DNA of 64,000 nucleotides. Origin: Candidatus Bathyarchaeota archaeon. GTDB lineage: Archaea > Thermoproteota > Bathyarchaeia > TCS64. The notes under the pieces were generated by a model, which saw only the letters and a program-made list of their open reading frames with translations, searched no databases and had not been told where the DNA came from. The DNA lies in the NCBI GenBank assembly GCA_016783485.1, contig JADHWM010000001.1:10181-74180 (forward strand), written 5' to 3'. Made by a program: the position numbers and the translations under genes. Below are positions 26,652-36,369 of this stretch, one piece after another; the first letter of the stretch is position 1, and each line of letters begins with the position of its first letter.

Positions 26652-28919
26652 GTGTTGAGGGTCTCCGAGCTAGATGTACCCGAGGAAATCAAGGAGCTCC
26701 TATACTCCAGAGGATTCGACGAGTTGTATCCTCCTCAAGCTGAGGCAATCGAGGCAGGGGTGTTGGATGGCAAGAGCCTAGTCATGGCGAGCCCCACGGC
26801 CAGTGGCAAGACCCTCGTCGCCGAGCTCTGCGCCTTCAAGCACATCATAGAGAGAGGGGGCAAGGTCCTCTATCTCGTACCCCTCAGGGCCCTGGCCTCG
26901 GAGAAATACGAGGAGTTCCAGGCCTACTCCAAGCTCACGAAGCGGGACGGAAGGAAGATCAGGGTCGGTGTCAGCACCGGTGACCTTGACAGCAGGACGA
27001 GTTGGCTCGGTGATTATGACATCGTGGTGACCACCAACGAAAAGTGCGACTCCCTCCTCCGGCACAGGTCTCCCTGGATGGAGGCTGTCTCCTTGGTCAT
27101 TGTCGACGAGGTCCACCTTATCGGGAACGACCGGGGGCCCACCCTGGAGGTCGCTATCGCCAGGCTTCGGCAGTTGATGCCAGATCTCCAGATCCTCGCC
27201 CTCAGCGCCACGATCAGGAACGCCGACGAGGTCGCAGAGTGGCTCAACGCGGAGTGGATCGAGACCGACTGGAGGCCCGTCCCTCTCCTTGAGGGGGTGG
27301 CCCTCAACGATAGGATCATCTTCAATGACGGATCCATCAAAGGGCTCAAGCCCCTCAACAGGCTCGACCCCATCAACATCGCGATGAACTCGGTCCTAGA
27401 CGGGGGACAGAGCCTGATCTTCGTGGAGAGCCGTCGGCGCGCCCAGAGCGTCGCGAGGGAGGCGGGCAACGCCCTCAGGGGATCCCACAGGAAGAGAGCG
27501 GAGGTGAAGCTCCAAGAGATCTCCTCAAATATCTCAGCCAGGGGAGAGAAGACCCGCCTATCCGACGACCTCGCCTCCGCCGTGGCGGGGGGCGCCGCAT
27601 TCCACCACGCAGGCCTGAGCTCCGCCCACCGCAGGATCATCGAGACGGCCTTCAAGGAGGGCTGGATCAAGATCCTCTCAGCAACCCCTACCCTAGCGGC
27701 CGGTGTCAACCTCCCGGCGAGGACAGCGGTCATCGCGAGCTACCGGAGGTTCACCCCGGGCTACGGGATGTACCCCATCTCGGTGCTCGAGTACAAGCAG
27801 ATGAGCGGGAGGGCGGGGAGGCCCCAGTACGACGATGCCGGGGAGGCGGTCCTCATCGCGTCGAGCTCCGACGAGCAGGACGCCCTCATGGAGAACTACG
27901 TCGCCGCGAAGCCGGAGAGGCTCTTCAGCAGGCTCGCCCAGGAGGCGGCAATACGGGGCCACACCCTCGCCGCGATCGCCTCCGACTACGCCCACAGTGA
28001 GCCGGGGCTCATCGACTTCTTCGGGCAGACTTTCTACGGTTACCACTACCCCATGGGGAACATCAAGCTCATCCTCGCCGGGATACTGAGCTACCTCCGC
28101 CGGGAGGACATGATCCAGTACAAGGGAGACTACATCTACGCCACCGACTTCGGACGCAGGGTCTCCGAGCTATATATCGACCCCCTCTCCGCTGTGGTCC
28201 TGAGGGACGGGCTCAGGGAGGACGGCGTCAACTTCACCGACATCACATGGCTCCACCTCATATGCCACACCCCGGACATGCGCCCCAAGCTCAGGCCCAG
28301 GAGGGGTGAAATGGATGCAGTCGAGTCGTTCCTCGAGGAGCACCGCCACGAGTTGACTGTGAAACTCGCCTCGGACTACGACTACGTCGACTACGAGACC
28401 GCCCTAGGGGAGCTCAGGACCACCATGATCCTGAAGGCATGGATCGACGAGACCTCCGAGAACGACCTATTCGAGAAATATCGCGTCGCCCCAGGGGACA
28501 GGTACAGCGCAGTCCACAACGCAGACTGGCTCCTATACGCAGCCTACGAGCTCGCCAGGGTCCTCGGGACAGACGAACACAGGGGCCACCTCCGGAGGCT
28601 AAGGGACAGGGTGAGGTATGGCGTCACTGAGAAGCTCCTCCCCCTAGTGCGCCTCCAGGGCATAGGGAGGGTCCGGGCCAAGGTCCTCTACAACTCGGGC
28701 TTCAAATCCGCCGCCAGCCTCAAGGCCGCCCCCCTGGCCAGGCTCGTTGAGATACCTCTGATCGGGCCGAGGCTCGCTAAGACTATTAAGGAGCAGGTGG
28801 GCGGGCTCGTGGACCAAGAGGAGTGGAAACGTCTCGACACGGACACCTCGGAGCAGCGCTCCATCACCGACTTCTTCGAGGAGGAGCCCCGGGAAACCGA
28901 GGAAACCCAAGAAGAGTAG
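26652..28919 (+). CDS. hel308: Ski2-like DNA helicase Hel308/Hjm
   Basis: LYPPQ, PTASGKT, DEVH, SAT, FHHAGL, TPTLAAGVNLPA, QMSGRAGRP; HhH C-terminus; PIP-like QRSITDFF. Confidence 0.96.
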   Translation: MLRVSELDVPEEIKELLYSRGFDELYPPQAEAIEAGVLDGKSLVMASPTASGKTLVAELCAFKHIIERGGKVLYLVPLRALASEKYEEFQAYSKLTKRDGRKIRVGVSTGDLDSRTSWLGDYDIVVTTNEKCDSLLRHRSPWMEAVSLVIVDEVHLIGNDRGPTLEVAIARLRQLMPDLQILALSATIRNADEVAEWLNAEWIETDWRPVPLLEGVALNDRIIFNDGSIKGLKPLNRLDPINIAMNSVLDGGQSLIFVESRRRAQSVAREAGNALRGSHRKRAEVKLQEISSNISARGEKTRLSDDLASAVAGGAAFHHAGLSSAHRRIIETAFKEGWIKILSATPTLAAGVNLPARTAVIASYRRFTPGYGMYPISVLEYKQMSGRAGRPQYDDAGEAVLIASSSDEQDALMENYVAAKPERLFSRLAQEAAIRGHTLAAIASDYAHSEPGLIDFFGQTFYGYHYPMGNIKLILAGILSYLRREDMIQYKGDYIYATDFGRRVSELYIDPLSAVVLRDGLREDGVNFTDITWLHLICHTPDMRPKLRPRRGEMDAVESFLEEHRHELTVKLASDYDYVDYETALGELRTTMILKAWIDETSENDLFEKYRVAPGDRYSAVHNADWLLYAAYELARVLGTDEHRGHLRRLRDRVRYGVTEKLLPLVRLQGIGRVRAKVLYNSGFKSAASLKAAPLARLVEIPLIGPRLAKTIKEQVGGLVDQEEWKRLDTDTSEQRSITDFFEEEPRETEETQEE

Positions 28920-28961
28920 CATTCAAAGATTTAATATATTCTAAATCTTAGAGAGAGTGAG

Positions 28962-29375
28962 ATGACCCAAGAGGAGAACTACGGCTATATCCTCAGGATA
29001 AGCTTAGACGACTGGGAGAAACAGGTCTTCGAGATAAAAAAATACTACACCGCAGTAAGGAGGAAGTGGCACAGAGGGACCAACATCCTCCTCGCTAGGA
29101 AGACGGATGTGGGAGACTCTTTCATAGGCTACGGGGTCGTGGGCAAGGTGGAGCATCTCTGGGAGCTCTCCCCGGAGGAGGAGGCCTACTGTCAGGAGAA
29201 CAACTGGAAGGTCGTAATCACGTTCAAGGCTCTGACCCGGTTCAAGAACCCCTACCCCATTAAGGACACCTTCCTCGCAGACGACCCCCGGAAGGGGAGC
29301 TTTCTCCACGGAGCCCGCCTATCAGAGGAGCAGACCGACGACATCCTCGAGGCCGCCGAGGAGCTCCAGGGATAA
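28962..29375 (+). CDS. Hypothetical protein, possible EVE/PUA-like fold
   Basis: Aromatic-rich; SFIGYGVV...W...I.F..L.RF..P.PIKD pattern resembling EVE/ASCH domains. Confidence 0.55.
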   Translation: MTQEENYGYILRISLDDWEKQVFEIKKYYTAVRRKWHRGTNILLARKTDVGDSFIGYGVVGKVEHLWELSPEEEAYCQENNWKVVITFKALTRFKNPYPIKDTFLADDPRKGSFLHGARLSEEQTDDILEAAEELQG

Positions 29376-29408
29376 ACCCAAATCACACCGCTAACAGATC
29401 AATCGGGA

Positions 29409-30863
29409 ATGGGCAGGTTCGCAGCGATCCTCAGCAAGAGGAGCCAGAACGTAACAGGAAGCATAATCCGGATGCTCCGCGCCAGAACCCCTAAGGCACC
29501 AGATGCTGAGGGGATCTCCATCGGTGGAGTCGCCATCATCAAGGGGAGAATCGACCCATCGGATCTACCAGAGACCTCCATAGCCCTCGGGTACGCTCTG
29601 AACAAGGTCCAGCCGGAGGACCCTCCACAACCTCTCACCCAGCACGGCTACTCCTTCGCCATCGAGGGGAGGCTCTGGAGCGAGACGGGTCAACCCACCT
29701 TCGGTTCAGCCGGCGATGCACTCGGCAAGGACCCGGGGGAAGGGCTCAGACAATTAGTGATGGAGGGGAAAGGATCCTTCGCCATAACAGCACAATATGG
29801 TCGAACCATCCTAGGCGGCAGAGACCCAGTTGGCACGATCCCCCTCTACTACGGGGAGAACGAGGACATCGCGGCGATGGCCTCGAGCAAGAAGATGCTG
29901 TGGGCAATAGGGCTCGAGGCTCAGAGCCTCACACCGGGCTCGATATTGAAGATATCGGAGGGTGGGACCTCGTTGGAGCCTGTGAAGGCCTTGGCCCAGC
30001 CTCCTCTCAAGGAAATCACCCTGAACGAGGCCACCTCGGAGCTTGACAATCTCATGACAGACGCCGTCGCATCGAGGACACGGGGCTTATCCGAAGCATC
30101 TCTCGGATTCTCGGGAGGAATCGACAGCAGTATACTTGCTCACTACCTGGACAAAGCAGGGGTCGATCTCGACCTCATCTGCGTGGGCATAGAGGATTCC
30201 CGAGAGTTCGAAACAGCCGAGACCGCCGCTGAAGCACTCGACCTCCCCCTGAGACTTGAGGCCTTTACGACCGAGGACGTGGAGAAGGACCTCGACGCGG
30301 TCCTCTGGAGCATCGAGGAGCCGGACTCGATGAAGGCCTCCGTCGCCATCCCCCTCCACTGGGCGGTGAGATCAGCTACCCAGTACGGTACCAGGGTATT
30401 CTTCTCAGGGAACGGGAGCGACGAGCTCTTCGGAGGGTATCACAGGCACGCCCAGGAATACGCCGAGCACGGGGAGGCCGTCGTCGCGTCCATCTTCAGG
30501 GACGTCTCCGAGTCCTACAGAGTCAACTACGAGAGGGACCACAAGGTCTGCATGGACGCGGGGCTGGAGCTAAGGCTCCCTTTCTCAGACCTGGCCCTCA
30601 TCGAGTGGGGGCTCTCGATCCCCCCGAATCTGAAGCTCTCCGGGGGCCCGGGATCGCCGAGGAAACTCGTGTTGAGGAGCCTCGCGAGACGCCTCGGTTT
30701 ACCTGAGGAGATATCCGGGAGACCCAAGAAGGCCATCCAGTACTCGACCGGCGTGAACGGCGCGCTGAGGAAGCTCGCGAAAAGTGAGGGCAAAACCCTC
30801 CAGGATTACCTCTCAGAGAGGTTCCAGAAGCTGAGAGACGAGAACATACGGAGACTGGGCTGA
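29409..30863 (+). CDS. Asparagine synthetase-like protein
   Basis: RDPVGTIPLYY, FSGGIDSS, SGNGSDELFGGY, LRLPF, RPKKAIQYSTG; no N-terminal Cys. Confidence 0.85.
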   Translation: MGRFAAILSKRSQNVTGSIIRMLRARTPKAPDAEGISIGGVAIIKGRIDPSDLPETSIALGYALNKVQPEDPPQPLTQHGYSFAIEGRLWSETGQPTFGSAGDALGKDPGEGLRQLVMEGKGSFAITAQYGRTILGGRDPVGTIPLYYGENEDIAAMASSKKMLWAIGLEAQSLTPGSILKISEGGTSLEPVKALAQPPLKEITLNEATSELDNLMTDAVASRTRGLSEASLGFSGGIDSSILAHYLDKAGVDLDLICVGIEDSREFETAETAAEALDLPLRLEAFTTEDVEKDLDAVLWSIEEPDSMKASVAIPLHWAVRSATQYGTRVFFSGNGSDELFGGYHRHAQEYAEHGEAVVASIFRDVSESYRVNYERDHKVCMDAGLELRLPFSDLALIEWGLSIPPNLKLSGGPGSPRKLVLRSLARRLGLPEEISGRPKKAIQYSTGVNGALRKLAKSEGKTLQDYLSERFQKLRDENIRRLG

Positions 30864-31507
30864 TGGAAACACCCGAGAGGATGACGGTGATCACACTTCT
30901 GATGAGGGAGCGCTACGGGGACATCGATGAACGACCCCGGGAGCCCCGAGACCCCTACAGGACCCTGATAGGCTGCGTCCTCTCCCACCGGACCCGGGAC
31001 GAGAACTCGAGCAGGGCTGCCCGCAACCTCTTCGAGGAGATAGAGGGTCCGTTGGACCTCCTCACCATGAACCAAGACACACTCAAGGAGCTAATCCGTT
31101 GCTCGGGCTTCTACAACCAGAAAGCCAGAAGCATCGTTGCCATCAGCCGGGTCCTCGTCGACGATTTCGGTGGAATGGTCCCTGATGATCGAGCCACTCT
31201 CATGGGGCTACCCGGTGTGGGTCCGAAGACGGCGGACATCGTGCTCAGCCACGCCTATCAAAAGCCGGCGATAGCTGTTGATGTCCACGTCTCGAGGGTT
31301 GCGAGGAGGCTGGGTCTTGCGCCGGATGACGCGGGTCCCGAGCGGGTAAAGGAGGCCTTGGAAAGCCTCGTGCCCCCTGATTCATACAGATTCGTGGACA
31401 ACGCATTCGTGAGGCACGGGAAAGAGTATTGCAGGAACAGCAAGCCCCGGTGCAGCGGATGCTTCCTCAGGGAGCTCTGCACCTACCCAGGCTCTCAGAG
31501 CCAATAA
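30863..31507 (+). CDS. nth: Endonuclease III
   Basis: LPGVGPKTA HhH, VDVHV, C-x6-C-x2-C-x5-C Fe-S motif. Confidence 0.93.
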   Translation: METPERMTVITLLMRERYGDIDERPREPRDPYRTLIGCVLSHRTRDENSSRAARNLFEEIEGPLDLLTMNQDTLKELIRCSGFYNQKARSIVAISRVLVDDFGGMVPDDRATLMGLPGVGPKTADIVLSHAYQKPAIAVDVHVSRVARRLGLAPDDAGPERVKEALESLVPPDSYRFVDNAFVRHGKEYCRNSKPRCSGCFLRELCTYPGSQSQ

Positions 31508-31542
31508 ATATCCCCGAGGAGAATCCACTACGGTACTCAGAG

Positions 31543-32217
31543 ATGAAGTACAAAGCATTGGCCACCGACGTCGACGGCACACTCACCAGCGAGGCCCACG
31601 GAATCTCCACGGGGGCGATCCAAGCTATCCGGGACCTCGAAGCCAGGGGAATCCCGGTCATCCTCGCATCGGCTCGACCCTACCCGATCCTCAACATCCT
31701 CAGGGAGTACCTGGGGACCAGCGGGGCTATCGTCTGCGAGAACGGGGGCCACGTGGACTACGGCGGGGAGAGCAGGTTACTCGGGGACAACGAGGAGTGC
31801 CAAGAGGTGTACCGTCGGCTGAGGGAGGTTCACGGCGACAGGGTGCGGGAGGCGTGGACCAATCAATATAACTTGGTGGACCTCGCGATGGAGCGGACCA
31901 TCGAAAGGGAGGAGGTCCTCACAGTCCTCTCGGAGTTCCCCAGGCTGAGGCTCATCGACAGCGGCTTCTTCTACCACGTCCTCGCGAGAGACGTCGACAA
32001 GGGGAAGGGGCTCAGGGCGGCGGCGGAGATGATGGGCGTCGTGTGCTCCGAGATCGTCGCGATCGGCGACAGCGAGGTGGACATGGAGCTCCTCCAAGAA
32101 GCAGGATATGGAGTAGCCGTGGGGGATGCTAGCGACGAGCTTAAAGAGATCGCCGATCTGGTGACGAAGAGAGAAAACGGAGAAGGGTTCCGCGAGGCGG
32201 TAGAGAGGCTCTTCTGA
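31543..32217 (+). CDS. HAD-superfamily phosphoglycolate phosphatase (Cof/SPP-like)
   Basis: DVDGTLT, ENGG, DKGKG, GDSEVD; start revised to MKYKAL. Confidence 0.88.
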   Translation: MKYKALATDVDGTLTSEAHGISTGAIQAIRDLEARGIPVILASARPYPILNILREYLGTSGAIVCENGGHVDYGGESRLLGDNEECQEVYRRLREVHGDRVREAWTNQYNLVDLAMERTIEREEVLTVLSEFPRLRLIDSGFFYHVLARDVDKGKGLRAAAEMMGVVCSEIVAIGDSEVDMELLQEAGYGVAVGDASDELKEIADLVTKRENGEGFREAVERLF

Positions 32218-32219
32218 CC

Positions 32220-33326
32220 TCAACCCTGTTTCGAGTACTTGGCAACGGCCTCCGAGATCCTACGGAGCCCCTCCATGGCGTACTCGTAGGCGGGCCAGCC
32301 GCCCATGCCGCACTCGGGCCCAGCATAGGGCACGTTCTCGGGGCCGAACTCCTCGACGATAGTGCCAAGTCTCTTGGCCATCAACCCGGCCTCCTCGATG
32401 AATATCGTCGGATCGACCTTCTCGTGCCGTATCTCGGTCCAGACGTCGCCAACCTTCTGCTGGATCTCCCCCGTGACGCCCTCAGCATTGAGGCGGGCCT
32501 CGATAAGATCGTCGAAGAGGGTCAACGCGATGCTCGCCTTGAGCCGTTTCCCGGTCTCCTCGAGGCGCCTCTTCGTCGAGTCGAGGGTGTATAAAGGGTC
32601 TCCAACGTGAGACTCGGCCAGCTGGAGACCATCCACAGCCCAGAAGATGTCGTCGGATGTGTCGTGGAGGTGCATGCTCGTTTCAGCTCCCTTGGAGACC
32701 GCAGCTCGGCAGATCCCGTCCCAGGCCTTGATGAGGGCTTCCCTGCCGTCTGACCCGTAGTCCAGCAGCGGGTCGTTGAGGAAACCGAGGACCGGCTCGT
32801 CGATACAGACCAGTGAAACCTCCCCGTTCCTGCTATCAAACAGGGACTGGGAAACGATGTCCGCGAGGGCCGCCCCCAGATCCTCAAAGAGGCTCGCGTT
32901 CTTGGCAGGGAAAAACGATGCCAACGTGTATGGCCCCGTCACGCATACCTTAAGGCGCACCCTGTCGACCTCCGTCAGGTCCTTTATCTTCGAGGTGTTC
33001 TTTCTGATCGCCTCGATCTCGGGAACAGAAGTATTTGGCTTCGCGGAGGGCCTCTCAAGGGCCATGTAGCCGTCTGGACCCTTCTCGATGCCCCTGATGA
33101 GCTCGAAGTACATCTCGTTCATGTCTCGGAACTGGGGGTAGTTGGGGACATCGATCCCGGCATTCACCTTGTCCACGAAACCCTCGACGACCTCCCTCTC
33201 GAAGACATCGGCGGCATCAGAACCGCTGACCAGGGAGAGGAACGACCCGGACCTCCGGGCCCCCTCCCAGATAACGGACTCCTCCACCCGGAGGGGGAGG
33301 CTGCCGACGTCGTAAGAGAGGACCAT
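32220..33326 (-). CDS. Core (single-barrel) cobalamin-independent methionine synthase-like protein
   Basis: DVGSLP, KVCVTGPYTL, IDEP, HLH, GPECG; adjacent to MAT. Confidence 0.7.
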   Translation of the reverse strand: MVLSYDVGSLPLRVEESVIWEGARRSGSFLSLVSGSDAADVFEREVVEGFVDKVNAGIDVPNYPQFRDMNEMYFELIRGIEKGPDGYMALERPSAKPNTSVPEIEAIRKNTSKIKDLTEVDRVRLKVCVTGPYTLASFFPAKNASLFEDLGAALADIVSQSLFDSRNGEVSLVCIDEPVLGFLNDPLLDYGSDGREALIKAWDGICRAAVSKGAETSMHLHDTSDDIFWAVDGLQLAESHVGDPLYTLDSTKRRLEETGKRLKASIALTLFDDLIEARLNAEGVTGEIQQKVGDVWTEIRHEKVDPTIFIEEAGLMAKRLGTIVEEFGPENVPYAGPECGMGGWPAYEYAMEGLRRISEAVAKYSKQG

Positions 33327-33332
33327 GGGCGC

Positions 33333-34538
33333 TCAGCAGACGTTTATCTTCCCGGTGGCGAGGTCGTTGCAGAACTGGTCGAGGTGTTCGAACTCGTAGG
33401 CCATGACCTCCTCGATCCCGGAAGCGACGTCGCCGACGGTGAACCCCTCAGCGGGGACCACCTGGGCCGAGCAGACCGCCGGCACGTCGATGGACTGGCC
33501 TATGGCGCTCACGAGCCAGATGTAGACCTCTTTGACCCCGGCGACGTTATCCATTACCCTGTTCGCGATCCTGTAGCTGAGGAGGTTGTAGATCTTGCCG
33601 ACGTGGCTCACCGGGTTCTTCCCGGCTGCGGCCTCGGAAGACATGGGCCTGTTCAGGGGTATGACTCCGATGACGTTGTTGCCCCTACCCACTTGGCCCG
33701 AGTCCCCCGTGTCGACTGAACTTCCCAGCACCGTGAGATAGAGGCCGTTGATGCCCCGGCCCTCCCGGTCAAGGACATTCAACCCGACGTTCACCTCGTC
33801 GAAATCGTACTTGGAGTTGATGAAGCCGTTGATCGCGTCGTAGATCTCGGATTTCTTCCGGAAGTAGTCAGCCTCGCTATCGACGAACCGGTCCACGAAA
33901 GCCATCGCTACGGTGAGGTTCATGTCGTTGCCGTTCCTGAAGCCCATGATCTTGATGTCCTCCCCGGACTCCGGGTACTGCTTCTTGAACCCCGGGGTGT
34001 TGAGGTATCCCTCGAGGTCCAGGATCAGGCGCTCTGTCCTGCTCAGGGGTGCGAAGCCCACGGCTGCGGAGGTATCGTTCGCGCCGAGGTACTTTCCCTT
34101 CCTCTGGAAGATGTCCTGGAGGGAGGCCGCACCGGGCTTGATGACGCTCTGGTGCTTCACGTGCTCGGGTTCTATGAATCGGAGCTTCTCCTTGAACCAT
34201 TTCTCCGTGCTCTTGACGGCGATTTCATTGACGGGGACGTGCTCGCCCCCCGCATCGAAGGTCGCCCGGTCCCCGTATACTATGAGGATCGGTTCTGTCA
34301 TCTTCCCTCCTCCGAAGGCGACCTCGGAGCCCCCTGCACCGATCAACCCCTTGTCCAGGTTGTGGTGGAGGATGGTCCCGAACCTTTTCAGGTACTCCTT
34401 GGACAGCTCGATGGAGACCTGGTTCATGACGGAGTCACAGATCGTGTCGGGGTGGCCGAGCCCCTTCCTCTCGCAGACCTCCATGGGCTTGTCGTCCAGG
34501 GCAAGCTGCTTCAGCTCTTTCACGAGAACATTATCCAT
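33333..34538 (-). CDS. mat: Archaeal S-adenosylmethionine synthetase
   Basis: ERKGLGHPDTICD, HHNLDK, ANDTS, GEDIKIMG, GDSGQVGRGN, AGKNPVSHVGKIYN. Confidence 0.97.
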   Translation of the reverse strand: MDNVLVKELKQLALDDKPMEVCERKGLGHPDTICDSVMNQVSIELSKEYLKRFGTILHHNLDKGLIGAGGSEVAFGGGKMTEPILIVYGDRATFDAGGEHVPVNEIAVKSTEKWFKEKLRFIEPEHVKHQSVIKPGAASLQDIFQRKGKYLGANDTSAAVGFAPLSRTERLILDLEGYLNTPGFKKQYPESGEDIKIMGFRNGNDMNLTVAMAFVDRFVDSEADYFRKKSEIYDAINGFINSKYDFDEVNVGLNVLDREGRGINGLYLTVLGSSVDTGDSGQVGRGNNVIGVIPLNRPMSSEAAAGKNPVSHVGKIYNLLSYRIANRVMDNVAGVKEVYIWLVSAIGQSIDVPAVCSAQVVPAEGFTVGDVASGIEEVMAYEFEHLDQFCNDLATGKINVC

Positions 34539-34796
34539 ATACGCATACCAACCTTATTCAAATATTCCTTAGGGAATCATCGATAGTGGGGCGTACATCT
34601 TATTAAGCATATTCCTGCTTGGAATTAGATAAAAACGCAATATTTATTAATAAAAATTCTTACAGGAATATTATATTCTCGGAGACCTTTTTTCTCATCC
34701 ATCACGTTCCACCGGACCAGTTGAGGCATTCAGACGCGCATTTTTCATCCAAAACAATTATCTTGACAGAGCCTATCATTCACACAGATCCTGGCT

Positions 34797-35747
34797 TTGG
34801 GTAGCTTCACGATGGACGAGGAATTCACTCTATGTAGCAGTTGCGGAAAACAGGTCCCCAGATACCAGTTCTGCATCTACTGCGGCTACAACCTCCTCAA
34901 GGACAGGGGGAGAACCCCACAGGCCAATGAGGAGGAGCGTCCAACATTCGAACCTCCCATGCCCACAACAAGCTTTGTACCCGAGGATACCAATTTTTCA
35001 AGACCCCTCGCGGAAGGCATCATGCCTCCATTTCCGATGGCCCCTTTCATGGAACCCTCCGGTGATGCCCGGGACACGCAGGTGAGGAGAGAGCTTCTGA
35101 AGTACCAGATCTGGAAGGTCAAGCTCTGCGGCATCTTCAGCGAGCGGGGAATGCCGACCCGGGTGTTCACCAACATCTGGGAGGGCTACGGAGACGAGGT
35201 CACGAGACTCCAGAGGAAGATAGAGGAGAGCCTGAGAGCACGCAAGACCAGCTACGAGGATAAGAAGGCCGAGCTGGAGAACGCTAAGCTCAAGATTGAC
35301 GAGCTCAGAGTGAGGGTGGCCATCGGGGAGATCTCTGAGAGCGACCTGTTGATCAGGACCCCAAGTATCCGGGCCGATGTCGAAAGCCTGGAACGCGAGG
35401 TCTCACGCCTCGATGAGCAACTGAGGGAAGAGGAGACCAAACACTCAGGCGGGTCACCGAGGGAGATGTTTGAGCATGAGCAATCGGCCAGGGCTTTCGT
35501 CTCAAAGATCGACGGCCTCATAGCCGAGGGCAAAATCAGCATGGAGCTCGGAAGAAGATTGGAGGTGGAGATGGAGGAGATCCGAGAATACTTCTCATCC
35601 ATGGTGGGGGACCAAGGCGAGCAGGATCTCAGGAACGAGTTCGACACCCTCGAAGTCAGGTATAAGGTGGGGGAGATCACCCTGGCTGAGCTCGAGTCCC
35701 TGAAGCGGGAAATTGTTACCAAGCTCGAGCGTCATTGGGCGAATTAA
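34797..35747 (+). CDS. Zinc-ribbon plus coiled-coil protein with CdvA-like motifs
   Basis: CSSCG...FCIYCG; proline-rich linker; coiled coil with ELRVRVAIGEIS and TLEVRYKVGEIT. Confidence 0.6.
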   Translation: MGSFTMDEEFTLCSSCGKQVPRYQFCIYCGYNLLKDRGRTPQANEEERPTFEPPMPTTSFVPEDTNFSRPLAEGIMPPFPMAPFMEPSGDARDTQVRRELLKYQIWKVKLCGIFSERGMPTRVFTNIWEGYGDEVTRLQRKIEESLRARKTSYEDKKAELENAKLKIDELRVRVAIGEISESDLLIRTPSIRADVESLEREVSRLDEQLREEETKHSGGSPREMFEHEQSARAFVSKIDGLIAEGKISMELGRRLEVEMEEIREYFSSMVGDQGEQDLRNEFDTLEVRYKVGEITLAELESLKREIVTKLERHWAN

Positions 35748-35828
35748 GACATTAACTATTCTTTCTGAGTCATATCCAGTTAGGTAATACTAAAATATCC
35801 CAGACCCTATTCTCACGAGGGTTGAAAA

Positions 35829-36134
35829 ATGAATGACAAGTCCCTCGGCAGCCTGATCGTGGTAGTAAGCGTCGTCATAATGGTTGGCTACTTCGTCTGG
35901 GCCTTCGCACCCTTACTGGGGCCGGCCGTGACGAGCTGGATATCTCCAGAGATGAGCGAATGGGCCTACCGCCTGCCGGTGATCCTCGCGGTCTATATGA
36001 TGCTGCTGATCGTGGCCTGGATTGGGTACACGATGGCGACGACGCCTCCGCCGATACCTCTCGAGAGCCCGCTGGAGATCGAGAGAGAGGAGTACGACAG
36101 CACCAAAACCGGGAAAGAAGACCCATCGAGTTGA
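35829..36134 (+). CDS. Small two-TM archaeal membrane protein (WIGYTMATTPPP family)
   Basis: Two TM helices, conserved WIGYTMATTPPP, acidic tail. Confidence 0.75.
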   Translation: MNDKSLGSLIVVVSVVIMVGYFVWAFAPLLGPAVTSWISPEMSEWAYRLPVILAVYMMLLIVAWIGYTMATTPPPIPLESPLEIEREEYDSTKTGKEDPSS

Positions 36135-36369
36135 TGATCCCGAGCTTTTTAAATATAACCCAAAATCCTGCTATCTTGCATATTCCTATAATCTTTTTGG
36201 TTTCTTTCTTTAGAGTTTAGCAATAATAGTTAAAGAGAGTAAATCTTGTGGGTTCTCAAACACGTAATTGTCACCTTTCTTCATCAGGTTAGTTGTTGAA
36301 ACAAGGAAAAAAAGGAGGGGTAACGGTAACAGCGGAGGAATGGGTAGACATCCCCAGACCTTATTGGAT

